From: Bacteroidaceae bacterium
GTDB taxonomy: Bacteria; Bacteroidota; Bacteroidia; Bacteroidales; Bacteroidaceae
Reading direction: 5' to 3'
Assembly: GCA_045640885.1 (NCBI GenBank)
Contig: JAZUFX010000054.1
Coordinates: forward strand, 14,917 to 78,916
Length of the DNA stretch: 64,000 nt
The translations under genes were made by a program, and so were the position numbers. Below are positions 8,846 to 16,914 of the stretch, in pieces. The notes beneath the pieces were generated by a model, which saw nothing but the letters and a program-made list of their open reading frames with translations, searched no databases and was not told where the DNA came from. Within the stretch, counting starts at the first letter, position 1. Each line of letters starts with the position of its first letter.

Positions 8846-11673
8846 GATTCCGACTTTGGGATTCCGCCGCTGTCCTGGCTGTCGGGCTCCGGAGTCTGCG
8901 GATCTTCTTCAAGTTCCTCAAACAGCGTGGTACCGTCAATCTCAAACTGCGGTATGTTAAGGAAATTATCTTCGTAGTATGACTGCCAGTCATTGAAACT
9001 GTAGTATTTCAGGAGGGTCTCAAGATTCTGTCTTGAAATGACAAGTGCCTTGATTCCTTCAAGCTTTTGGGCCATTTCCGGGTCGGAGTACAGCTTGCGG
9101 CAGTAATAATATGCTTCATCAAAGTTCAGGAACTCGCTAACCTTGAGCATACCGATGCCCTGTTCATTTGAGAATGCAAGGTCGAAGTTACGCATGGTGT
9201 AGTTGCTGAAATTGTAATTGGCCATTTCAAACAGAAGCTGGTTCTCGTTCAGCCCGCCTTCGGGATATGCCAGAATGAACTGGAAGGGCTGAAGCCTGTC
9301 GCTGTTGAACGTGGGTTTCAGGCTGTCAGGCATCTGACCGTCGCTGCCGTTACGCTCCCAGATGGAGAACAGGTCGCTTGATTTCAGACTCTTGCCATCC
9401 TGGACTCCCTGTGCAATCAGGCCTGCAAACTGTGAAATGTCTTCGGCGGGATATTTGCCGACAAGCTCCTTCAGCTCGGAAAGGAATGCATTGGGCCGCC
9501 CGTTCTGAAGTTGGGTCACAGCATGCAGGAACATGAATCTTGGACGGTTCAGCCCCATGGGATACGATGTTTCGGATATATGGCAGCCATGCATTACCAG
9601 AGATGTGTCTCCGTCACGGAAAGCCTTGTATGTCAGTGCATAAAGGGAATCCTCCCTTTGCCTGCCGTATCGGGCATTGTCAATGTAGTCGCTGTCAGTC
9701 AGCATAACGGTATACTGGCTGCCGGCATACAGCCTTTTCAGTCTGCCTACGCAGCTGTCAGCCATTTCTTTCTGCCCGGTATGCGAGTACATCAGGAACA
9801 GATGGTAAAGCGATTCATCGGCTTCGTCGCTGCCGGGGTAGCCGGTGGCCACCCGCCACAGTTCATTCCCGGCTTTTGAATATTCATCAAGGTCGTTCTT
9901 GAATATTATGCCTGCTGCAAGCAGATTGCGGCTGATTATCCTGTCTGACTCTTCCTTCGCACTTGGCGTGTAAGGAATCATTCTGTAATAGTATTCCCGG
10001 CTGTGAGGGTCCGGCAGTGAATCGGCCTGAATGCCATCCGGGGCCGACGAGACCTTTGCCGGTGTGTTCCCGCCAGTCGTGCCGGCCGGCAGTGAACGGC
10101 TTTCATCATCATCGCGGGCAAGAACGTTCTTGTTGCTGCGCCGCCAGTCGTCTTCAAGCCGGCGGTCTCCCCATTGGCGTATGAATTCCGCCTTGCCGTG
10201 TTCGACAGCCAGGCTGTTGTAGAAATACCATGCTCCGGACTTTGTCTCAACCGTCTCGTTTGAGCCTGTGCCGGCGGTTCCTTCATTATTGTCGCTCTCC
10301 TGCCCCTCGAGTTCTTTCTGTATCAGTTCCCCGATTACATTGTCAATTATCTGCTGAACCTGGGTCTCGGGCAGGGTGGCAAGCCATTGAAGACTGTCCT
10401 GAAGCTGTACTGCATTCAGATTTGAACTGAGCTGCTCAAGTATGCTGCTGCGCTGTTTTACGGTCTGGAAGTCCTTGTGGTCGGTATTTATCATGCCGAC
10501 AGCCTTGGAGTAGTATTTTCCGGCATTGCCGTAATCGGCCATGTTCCAATAGATATCGGCCATTGTCAGCAGCAGGATGCCTTTGTCCGGAGCGCTGCGG
10601 TCGTTGTCTTCGGCACCGGACCGGTATAGCCGTAGCGCTGCAACGGTGTCGTTCTTCAGCATTTCAATATTGCCCATGGCGTAATAGACCTGATCCCTGA
10701 GATTCTTGTATTTCGGGTCGCGCAGCATACGCCCAAGTTTTCTCATGGCCTTGCGGGAACCTTGTCCTGCCGCCATTGTTTCGGTCTGCCGGATGCGTGC
10801 CTGGAATTCTATATCGTAGCTGGGATTCATGCGTATGACCTGACCGAAACTGTGCGCGGCATCACTGTTCCTGCCTTCCAGTCTGTAAAGCTGAGCCAGC
10901 AGATAGCGTTCCCTGATGCGTTGTGATTTGCTGAGTCCCTTGCGGTCAATGGCCTGTTCCAGCAACGGTATGCTTTCTTCAAACCGTTCCTGGCGCAGAA
11001 GCACCTGGGCACGCAAGGCCTTGATGTCCATGTCGGTGTGACGGCCTGTCTTCAGTCCTGAAGTCCGCGAAAACAGTTCGTCGGCTTCATAGTACCAGTC
11101 CAGCTGGGCGTAGCACCATGCCATTTTACCAAGTGCCAGAGCTGATATTTCCGGCTCATCGGCATACAGGTTCGCTATGTATGAGTATGTACTGGCCGCT
11201 TCAATGAATTCGCCGGTCTGTGCCTGGGCATCGGCCAAAAGCATCCATGCGTTCCACAGGAATGGGTTGTATTCCTTCTGGGTGAGTGTCTTGCCGGGTT
11301 CCCTCTTGGGCTTGGCCGATATGGAATGGAACTTGATGCATTTTTTTGCCTTGTCCATTGCCGTCTGATAGTCGTTCCGGCCGCTGCCTTTTGTCTTTGC
11401 ATCGGCGGCCGGATTCGGCAGCGGGTATTCAAGCCAGTTCACCTTCATGGCTTTTTCCTGACTCTCGTATCCTTTGTCAAAGGCTTCCTTTCCGTTGAAA
11501 TATGTGTTGTAATGTGCTGTCGTTGCGTGGTAGAAACGTGAACCGGCCGTGTTTCTTGCAGTGGAACAACCGTTCAGGGACATAATGCCGGCAATGATGC
11601 AGAGGAACAGTACTGTGCTCCTTGCCGCCTTGATATTGTGTGCCGACATTCTGCTTGACATCATTGTCCTCAT
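8842..11673 (-). CDS. porW: TPR-repeat lipoprotein, PorW/SprE-like (type IX secretion associated)
   Basis: Lipobox SLNGCS. The N-terminal CSTARNTAGSRFYHATTAHYNTYFNGKEAFDKG matches my recollection of the SprE/PorW N-terminus. Several TPR-like helices follow. The exact start among M1/M4/M5/M9 is unresolved. Confidence 0.55.
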   Translation of the reverse strand: MRTMMSSRMSAHNIKAARSTVLFLCIIAGIMSLNGCSTARNTAGSRFYHATTAHYNTYFNGKEAFDKGYESQEKAMKVNWLEYPLPNPAADAKTKGSGRNDYQTAMDKAKKCIKFHSISAKPKREPGKTLTQKEYNPFLWNAWMLLADAQAQTGEFIEAASTYSYIANLYADEPEISALALGKMAWCYAQLDWYYEADELFSRTSGLKTGRHTDMDIKALRAQVLLRQERFEESIPLLEQAIDRKGLSKSQRIRERYLLAQLYRLEGRNSDAAHSFGQVIRMNPSYDIEFQARIRQTETMAAGQGSRKAMRKLGRMLRDPKYKNLRDQVYYAMGNIEMLKNDTVAALRLYRSGAEDNDRSAPDKGILLLTMADIYWNMADYGNAGKYYSKAVGMINTDHKDFQTVKQRSSILEQLSSNLNAVQLQDSLQWLATLPETQVQQIIDNVIGELIQKELEGQESDNNEGTAGTGSNETVETKSGAWYFYNSLAVEHGKAEFIRQWGDRRLEDDWRRSNKNVLARDDDESRSLPAGTTGGNTPAKVSSAPDGIQADSLPDPHSREYYYRMIPYTPSAKEESDRIISRNLLAAGIIFKNDLDEYSKAGNELWRVATGYPGSDEADESLYHLFLMYSHTGQKEMADSCVGRLKRLYAGSQYTVMLTDSDYIDNARYGRQREDSLYALTYKAFRDGDTSLVMHGCHISETSYPMGLNRPRFMFLHAVTQLQNGRPNAFLSELKELVGKYPAEDISQFAGLIAQGVQDGKSLKSSDLFSIWERNGSDGQMPDSLKPTFNSDRLQPFQFILAYPEGGLNENQLLFEMANYNFSNYTMRNFDLAFSNEQGIGMLKVSEFLNFDEAYYYCRKLYSDPEMAQKLEGIKALVISRQNLETLLKYYSFNDWQSYYEDNFLNIPQFEIDGTTLFEELEEDPQTPEPDSQDSGGIPKSES

Positions 11674-12086
11674 TACTCGTTCATCATGGTGTAGGCTTCC
11701 TCTTTCAGCATATCCGGAAGTTCAATGTCGCGCGCCTGCAGACATTCCATCCATTGGCGTACCTCGTCATGGCGCATGGTATAAAGCACGTAGCGGAATT
11801 CCTCGACTTCATCGTCGGTGTAGTCAAAGCCCTGGCGTCCGCTGAAACGGTCCAGTTCCTCATCGTCGAAGTACTGTGCGGCGCGCAGCCTTGCCTCTGC
11901 CAGTTTCTGCTTTTCGCATACGGCATGTTTTCCGCAGCATTCGGTACCGTGATTTTCCGGCATGTTCCTGTCCGATGCTGTTCCTGCCTGTTCCTGTCCG
12001 GCGTTCTGTGCCTTTTTCCTCTTGTCAATGAAGTTCAGACAACACAATGCAACCAGAACGGCCGACAGAATAATATAGATGTTCAT
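11673..12086 (-). CDS. hypothetical N-terminally anchored protein with CCGxHxxCE motif
   Basis: 137 aa. One N-terminal TM helix, the motif ECCGKHAVCEKQ, then an acidic helical domain (YFDDEELDRF...EEFRYVL). Its TAA overlaps the ATG of the next gene (TAATG). Confidence 0.6.
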   Translation of the reverse strand: MNIYIILSAVLVALCCLNFIDKRKKAQNAGQEQAGTASDRNMPENHGTECCGKHAVCEKQKLAEARLRAAQYFDDEELDRFSGRQGFDYTDDEVEEFRYVLYTMRHDEVRQWMECLQARDIELPDMLKEEAYTMMNE

Positions 12087-12135
12087 ATTACTCCAGCTTG
12101 CATTATGATGCGAAGATACGAAAAATGTCTATGGG

Positions 12136-15096
12136 TTACGCTTTTTTGTTGCGGTTCTGGTTGAAGGCTGCCCTGATAAGTTCCCTGCGGGTCTCCTTGT
12201 CACCGAACACGTTGACTTTCAAAATGAAGTGCAGCATTATGTAGCTGTGTACGTTGTTGTTTCTGGTATCAGTGCGTGAAGTTGTGGAAATTTCCCGGTT
12301 TACATTGCTTTCGTCATTGAGTATGTCGAAGTACTGAATCTGGAACGTTCCGGCATTGGCCGGAAAGAAACTTATTGACGCATTGGCGTTCCAGATAAGG
12401 TCGTCGCGGTTGTACGAACCATTGTAGCCGCGCCGGCTCTGCATGGTGATATCGGTCCCCAGGTTGACGTTCTTCCACGGCAGACGGTAATTGCCGCGGA
12501 AACCATAGCTGAAATTGCAGGTGTTCATGTTGCCGTTCTGGCGGATGTTGTTTTCCGAGTGGTTGAAATTCAGGCGTCCGTTTGCCGTCATTTCCACCTT
12601 GTCGGTTCTGTATGTGACCGATGCGTTCTGACCTCCGCTTATGGATCTGGTGGTCGCCAGAACGGCGCTTCCATCGCCCGAGCTTTCATTGTAGTTGCCG
12701 ATGCTTCCTGTACGCGCAAAACTTTCCTGGTGGCGGAACGATGCGCTGGCCGATGTGCTGTAACGCCATTTCGTATTGGGAATGGTCTGGTTGAATGTGA
12801 CATTTCCATTGGCGCTCCAGTTGCTCCAGAAACCTTCCATATTACGCGGCTGGGTAACCGATATGCCCGTTCTCGGGTCGTAATCGGTGCGCTGTGATAT
12901 GTTTCTCAGCGAGTTCTCGACCGACAGCCTTACGTTAAGTGTCTGCTGCGTGGAGTCAAAATACAGCTGTAGGTTCGTCTCAAAGGTGTTACGGAGTGAA
13001 GGCAGCAGGCCGGGATTGCCTTTGCGTATGTTGGTGGGATTGCTGTCGTCGGTAATGTCAAGCATATCCTCCATGCTGGGCTGACTTGTGTTGGAGCGCA
13101 GTGTGAACTGGATATTCTTGCGGTTGTTCCACCGGTAGCGCCAGTTGAGTGACGGACTCCAGTTGTATACCACTCTTGAAGTGTCGCCAATGGTGTGCCC
13201 CATATACTGAAAGTTATCCATGCCTGTGTATTGCGGCAGGAAGTTGACCCCCAGATTGAAGTTCGTGTGGTCGGTGTTGTGGCGGTATTGCAGGGTGACG
13301 GTGTGGTTGCGTGTCACATTGGTGGCCCTGCGACTGAGTTCGCTGTTCATGTACTGCTCAAGTTCGTACGGCAGATACCAGTCGTCCTCCCAATTCTCGA
13401 ATTCTCCTCTTGAAGGCATGACATATGTCTCGCGGTTTGTCTCGCGGCGGCTTGCCTGAATCTGATAGCTTATCTGTATGTTGCGCCTGCCCGAATCCAG
13501 AGGCTCGCTCCACATAATGCGTCCGCTCCAGTTGGAATTGCCGGTGGGGTTGACGTTGTAGCGGTTCATGATGGAGTCTCGGCTGTGCATCTGGTAATAC
13601 TCTTGCCGCGAATGTGAAAAACTTTCGCTTGTCCCCGAATTCTGCTGCCAGGTAAAGCGCAGCGTCAGATTACGCCCGTCCTCACGCAACTTTTTGTTGA
13701 ACTGGAATTCGGCATTCATCTGGTCGCTTCCACCCTTGCTGTAACTGGTGCTGTTCTGCGAATTCACTCCTATCGAGTCCAGCAGTTCCTGCCCCAGCGT
13801 AATATACTGCTCCAGGATATCCGTCATTCCGGTGGAATAGGGGTCCACGTTGAATGTGGCCGATTTGCTGACCGACGAACTGCTGTTGCGGCTTACCGTG
13901 AAACGCGGCCTGAAAATTATGTCTATGGTGGTGTCGGGCCTCCATTCGACTTTCATCTCTCCATTCAGGCTGCTGCTTCCGTTTTCCCTTTCGGAACGGT
14001 TGTTGCGGAACGAGGCCGATGTGTATTCGGTGGTGAACGTTTCCGATTCCGATTCACTGAGCGAATGCGATGTGGAACTGTTCCAGCGTACGTTGCCGTT
14101 CAGTTGCAGCGGATATTCGTTTCTGCGCCTGGGATATTTTTCACCTATATTCTTTGAAAAATTCACGCCTAACTGTGTGTTCTCGCTTACTCCGTTGTTA
14201 CGTCCGGAATTCTGAGTGTTGGCAGTGAATGAAAGCTGCTCGCTGTTGCTGAAGCGGTTTATGGTGTACCGGCCGGAATACAGGTATTTCAGCCAGTCGC
14301 CGTAATTGTTGTTACCGACAGGCTCGCCTATTCCCGCATCGAGGTTGTTCAGCCATCCCCTTTTCATTTTGGGCTTTATCTGAAGGTCCAGGACGGTTTC
14401 CTCTTCACCGTCGTCAACCCCGGTAACACGGGCCAGATCGCTCTTGCGCTGATAGGTTTTTATGCGGTGGATAATGCTGACAGGCAGGTTCCTGGTGGCC
14501 ATGGAACGGTCATTGCCAAAGTACTCTTCGCCATCGACCAGAATGCGTGACACGGTTTTGCCGTTTACGGTTATGTCGCCGTTGTCATCGACTTCGACAC
14601 CGGGCAGGCGCTTTATCAGTTCTTCAAGCATCGAGCCTTCGGGGACACGGAACGCTTCGGCGTTGAACATCAGAGTGTCTTCGACCACCTGGGTGGGCGG
14701 CAGGGTTTCCTGTATTACGGCTTCGGACAATTCATAGCTGGCATCGGTCATCCTGAATACCCCCATGGCCCGCTCACGGTCATCTTTCGCAATCCTGACA
14801 TTGTGTTCCTGCGTGTTGTAGCCCAGGAATGAGTATCTCAGGAAATAATCTCCAACCGGCACTTTCTTTATTGCGAACCATCCGTCGGGACCGGTAACCG
14901 TACCTGTCACGAACAGGGAATCGGACAGTCTGAACATCTGTATGTTCACTCCCTGCATGTTCTCGTCGTTGCTGCCGTCTATTATCCGCGCGTTGACTGT
15001 TGCCTTGCCGTCCAGCTTCACTTCCTTGCCGTTCTGGGCTGATGCCGTCAGGCAATATATGGATGCAACTGTCAGGAATGCGGTAAGTCTTCTCAT
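12136..15096 (-). CDS. outer membrane beta-barrel protein with CarboxypepD_reg-like and plug-like N-terminus (TonB-dependent-receptor-like)
   Basis: Start taken at the internal ATG, which gives the signal peptide MRRLTAFLTVASIYCLTASAQ. A carboxypeptidase-regulatory-like domain is followed by LIKRLPGVEVDDNGDITVNGK and then a long Asn/Ser/Thr/Arg-rich beta-strand region. Confidence 0.8.
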   Translation of the reverse strand: MRRLTAFLTVASIYCLTASAQNGKEVKLDGKATVNARIIDGSNDENMQGVNIQMFRLSDSLFVTGTVTGPDGWFAIKKVPVGDYFLRYSFLGYNTQEHNVRIAKDDRERAMGVFRMTDASYELSEAVIQETLPPTQVVEDTLMFNAEAFRVPEGSMLEELIKRLPGVEVDDNGDITVNGKTVSRILVDGEEYFGNDRSMATRNLPVSIIHRIKTYQRKSDLARVTGVDDGEEETVLDLQIKPKMKRGWLNNLDAGIGEPVGNNNYGDWLKYLYSGRYTINRFSNSEQLSFTANTQNSGRNNGVSENTQLGVNFSKNIGEKYPRRRNEYPLQLNGNVRWNSSTSHSLSESESETFTTEYTSASFRNNRSERENGSSSLNGEMKVEWRPDTTIDIIFRPRFTVSRNSSSSVSKSATFNVDPYSTGMTDILEQYITLGQELLDSIGVNSQNSTSYSKGGSDQMNAEFQFNKKLREDGRNLTLRFTWQQNSGTSESFSHSRQEYYQMHSRDSIMNRYNVNPTGNSNWSGRIMWSEPLDSGRRNIQISYQIQASRRETNRETYVMPSRGEFENWEDDWYLPYELEQYMNSELSRRATNVTRNHTVTLQYRHNTDHTNFNLGVNFLPQYTGMDNFQYMGHTIGDTSRVVYNWSPSLNWRYRWNNRKNIQFTLRSNTSQPSMEDMLDITDDSNPTNIRKGNPGLLPSLRNTFETNLQLYFDSTQQTLNVRLSVENSLRNISQRTDYDPRTGISVTQPRNMEGFWSNWSANGNVTFNQTIPNTKWRYSTSASASFRHQESFARTGSIGNYNESSGDGSAVLATTRSISGGQNASVTYRTDKVEMTANGRLNFNHSENNIRQNGNMNTCNFSYGFRGNYRLPWKNVNLGTDITMQSRRGYNGSYNRDDLIWNANASISFFPANAGTFQIQYFDILNDESNVNREISTTSRTDTRNNNVHSYIMLHFILKVNVFGDKETRRELIRAAFNQNRNKKA

Positions 15097-15159
15097 TGTG
15101 CGGTCGATACGTCCAATATTGGATATCGGAAATGCCGTTTGGTTTAAGAGGCTGTTCCC

Positions 15160-15180
15160 AAAAAGCACTGCTTTCAGTGC
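15160..15180 (-). terminator. intrinsic-terminator-like hairpin (gcactg-aaag-cagtgc followed by ttttt on the minus strand)
   Basis: 6-bp perfect stem, 4-nt loop and T5 tail read on the minus strand. It lies about 60 nt upstream of the barrel-gene ATG. Confidence 0.4.
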
Positions 15181-15296
15181 AGCACTTCCGAGAGGAGTCC
15201 CGTGCGGGAATAGAACTTGTATGTCAGTTCGCCTTTTTTTGTCCAGCTGAAGCCGGACAGGACATCGACCAGGTCATACTTCAGCAGGACCGACAT
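15174..15296 (-). CDS. candidate 40-codon small ORF / leader peptide (MSVLLKYDLVDVLSGFSWTKKGELTYKFYSRTGLLSEVLH)
   Basis: ATG preceded by purine-rich gaaaggaaaagaag. The TGA stop lies inside the hairpin at 15160-15180. It is below the ORF-track size cut-off and I have no homology evidence. Confidence 0.2.
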   Translation of the reverse strand: MSVLLKYDLVDVLSGFSWTKKGELTYKFYSRTGLLSEVLH

Positions 15297-15335
15297 CTTC
15301 TTTTCCTTTCTACCCAGTATCCATTCCTTCTCTGT

Positions 15336-15361
15336 TACGGATTATATCGATATAATCCGTA
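15336..15361. repeat. perfect 26-nt palindrome TACGGATTATATCGATATAATCCGTA (candidate operator)
   Basis: Read directly. The sequence equals its own reverse complement. It sits in the divergent non-coding region between the small minus ORF and the 15492 plus ORF. Confidence 0.8.
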
Positions 15362-15476
15362 GTTCCTGTCTTATGGATACTGATAACGTCCGGTACTCTG
15401 ACTGTGTCAACCGCTGAGGTAAGCAGAATAATTGACTCTTTACCCCATAGCCGGCGGAAATGAATGGTTTTCTTCG

Positions 15477-15484
15477 TAGTTTTG
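15477..15484 (+). promoter_or_regulatory. Bacteroidota -7 box TAGTTTTG (TAnnTTTG)
   Basis: Exact consensus match 7 nt upstream of the 15492 ATG, which implies a near-leaderless transcript. Confidence 0.35.
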
Positions 15485-15491
15485 CTTTCAA

Positions 15492-15845
15492 ATGGAATCG
15501 TTTGAGAAGATACTGGCCGAAGCGCTGGCCCAGGCAGCGGCAGCGCGCGGCTGGCAGTATCGTACCGGCGGATGCGGACTGTGGGCACGTGCAGGTGCGG
15601 CATACCTGTCGTTCGTCCTGCTTGACGGCTTGCAGGAAACCGTGCGTTCGCTCCAGTATCAGGCGCGTGAAGAGTGCGGGCCCGTGCTTGTTGACTGCCA
15701 TCAGTATGATGCCCTGTCCGCATCGTGCCTTGGAAACGATGACAGTGCCCGGGTTCTGCTGTCAGGCAGCGGCGGAAAGATGTCGGCCGTAACGCTGACA
15801 AAGGACCTGTTCCTGGAAATGCTAGATTTTCTTCGTGAGGGCTGA
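15492..15845 (+). CDS. hypothetical protein (GC-rich orphan ORF)
   Basis: 117 aa, Ala/Leu/Gly-rich with helical-looking ends. It is the best of four overlapping ORFs in a visibly GC-rich patch. A TAnnTTTG box lies just upstream. No family recognised. Confidence 0.4.
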   Translation: MESFEKILAEALAQAAAARGWQYRTGGCGLWARAGAAYLSFVLLDGLQETVRSLQYQAREECGPVLVDCHQYDALSASCLGNDDSARVLLSGSGGKMSAVTLTKDLFLEMLDFLREG

Positions 15846-15903
15846 AGAAAAAAAGATTATCAAGTTTCGCTGCCAGAAACTTGGATAATATAACAAAAAG
15901 GAA

Positions 15904-15911
15904 TACCTTTG
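15904..15911 (+). promoter_or_regulatory. Bacteroidota -7 box TACCTTTG upstream of tRNA-Pro
   Basis: Exact TAnnTTTG match 39 nt upstream of the tRNA 5' end. A TTG lies about 20 nt further upstream. Confidence 0.45.
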
Positions 15912-15950
15912 CGCCGATTTAAGGAATCCCCTTTGGGAAACCGTTGTCGG

Positions 15951-16026
15951 CGGGGTGTAGCTCAGCCCGGTTTAGAGTACGCGTCTGGGGGGCGTGTGGT
16001 CGCTGGTTCGAATCCAGTCACCCCGA
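15951..16026 (+). tRNA. tRNA-Pro (anticodon GGG)
   Basis: Hand-folded cloverleaf. Acceptor CGGGGTG/CACCCCG, D stem GCTC/GAGT, anticodon stem CGCGT/GCGTG with loop CTGGGGG, T arm GCTGG-TTCGAAT-CCAGT. No encoded CCA. Confidence 0.9.
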
Positions 16027-16030
16027 CAGA

Positions 16031-16060
16031 AAAAGCAGAGAGTTAATCTCTGCTTTTTTT
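16031..16060 (+). terminator. rho-independent terminator after tRNA-Pro
   Basis: Stem gcagaga / tctctgc, loop gttaa, followed by T7. Confidence 0.8.
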
Positions 16061-16083
16061 ATGCCTTTATGCCTATTAATTGG

Positions 16084-16091
16084 TATTTTTG
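16084..16091 (+). promoter_or_regulatory. Bacteroidota -7 box TATTTTTG
   Basis: Exact TAnnTTTG match 38 nt upstream of the 16130 ATG. Confidence 0.4.
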
Positions 16092-16129
16092 GTGTCGGAA
16101 ATGTATGCTAACCATAATTATTCAGTACA

Positions 16130-16720
16130 ATGAAAAAATTCAATTTGATTCTCGCTGCCGTACTTTCTCTGGCAGCTGTATCCTGCGGGAAAGATGAACC
16201 GGAACCAGTACCGGCTCCAGTATGTGCGTCAGTTTCTATAAACGGGCACCAGTATTCCTATCCTAAACTCAGTGCTGCATTCTACTACAGTGCCGACTGT
16301 GAAGGCTACAACATTGTTCTTGCTCCGGAAAATCTTGAAAAGATTATCAATGATGCCGTTGATGAGGGAAAAGATGTTGGGGAAGCCGTTAATTACAAAT
16401 CGAGCGCACTTCTCGGCATTGATATTCCGGAAGGTGAACTCGGAAAGTCACATGCCTTTTCATCTGATTTCAACATCGATTCAGATTCTTGGGTTTTCTA
16501 CCTTGAGTTTTGGGACAAAGTGTCGAATGACCACTTTTATAACTGGCGCGGAGAGTGTAAATCGTATAAATCAGGTACTATGAGAGTCGATCTGAACAGG
16601 GAAACGGGCAGGCTCACAATCGCTCTCAATGCTGTCATCGAGATGGATGAAGGCCCCGATGTCACTTATATGATAACATTTGGCGGAACCGCTGTGGAGA
16701 GTTCGGAGTACATCTGGTGA
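16130..16720 (+). CDS. hypothetical lipoprotein
   Basis: Signal peptide with lipobox MKKFNLILAAVLSLAAVSCGKDE. 196 aa, no family recognised. Visibly lower GC than the neighbours. Confidence 0.75.
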   Translation: MKKFNLILAAVLSLAAVSCGKDEPEPVPAPVCASVSINGHQYSYPKLSAAFYYSADCEGYNIVLAPENLEKIINDAVDEGKDVGEAVNYKSSALLGIDIPEGELGKSHAFSSDFNIDSDSWVFYLEFWDKVSNDHFYNWRGECKSYKSGTMRVDLNRETGRLTIALNAVIEMDEGPDVTYMITFGGTAVESSEYIW

Positions 16721-16766
16721 GTGCTATCGTTGACAGACAGGCTTAAACGGCCTGTGTCTTTAACTG

Positions 16767-16802
16767 AAAAGATTGGCTCCACTGTGAGCCAATCTTTTTT
16801 TT
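16767..16802 (+). terminator. rho-independent terminator after the lipoprotein gene
   Basis: Stem aaaagattggctc / gagccaatctttt with a 6-nt loop, and a T-run extending to 16802. Confidence 0.8.
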
Positions 16803-16914
16803 ACCGGTCATCTTAAAGCAAATTGTCTTCAGGATGCAGGGGCGCTTGAGGATAACGGGCAGGACATGCCTGGATTTGGTAATCCCTGCAAATTCCGGCA
16901 GCCGGGGGTAGTCT

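Noticed and set aside
15310-15801. Alternative ORFs in the GC-rich patch: 15310-15801 (-), 15342-15701 (-) and 15460-15792 (+).
   Set aside because: Their products are Arg/Pro/Cys/Thr-rich and look like out-of-frame translations. None has a promoter box. Open frames on both strands are expected in GC-rich DNA. The strand and frame choice remains low confidence.
15336-15894. An invertible promoter (phase-variation shufflon) bounded by the palindrome at 15336 and the imperfect hairpin/inverted repeat at 15857-15890.
   Set aside because: The two elements are not reverse complements of each other, and no site-specific recombinase gene is nearby.
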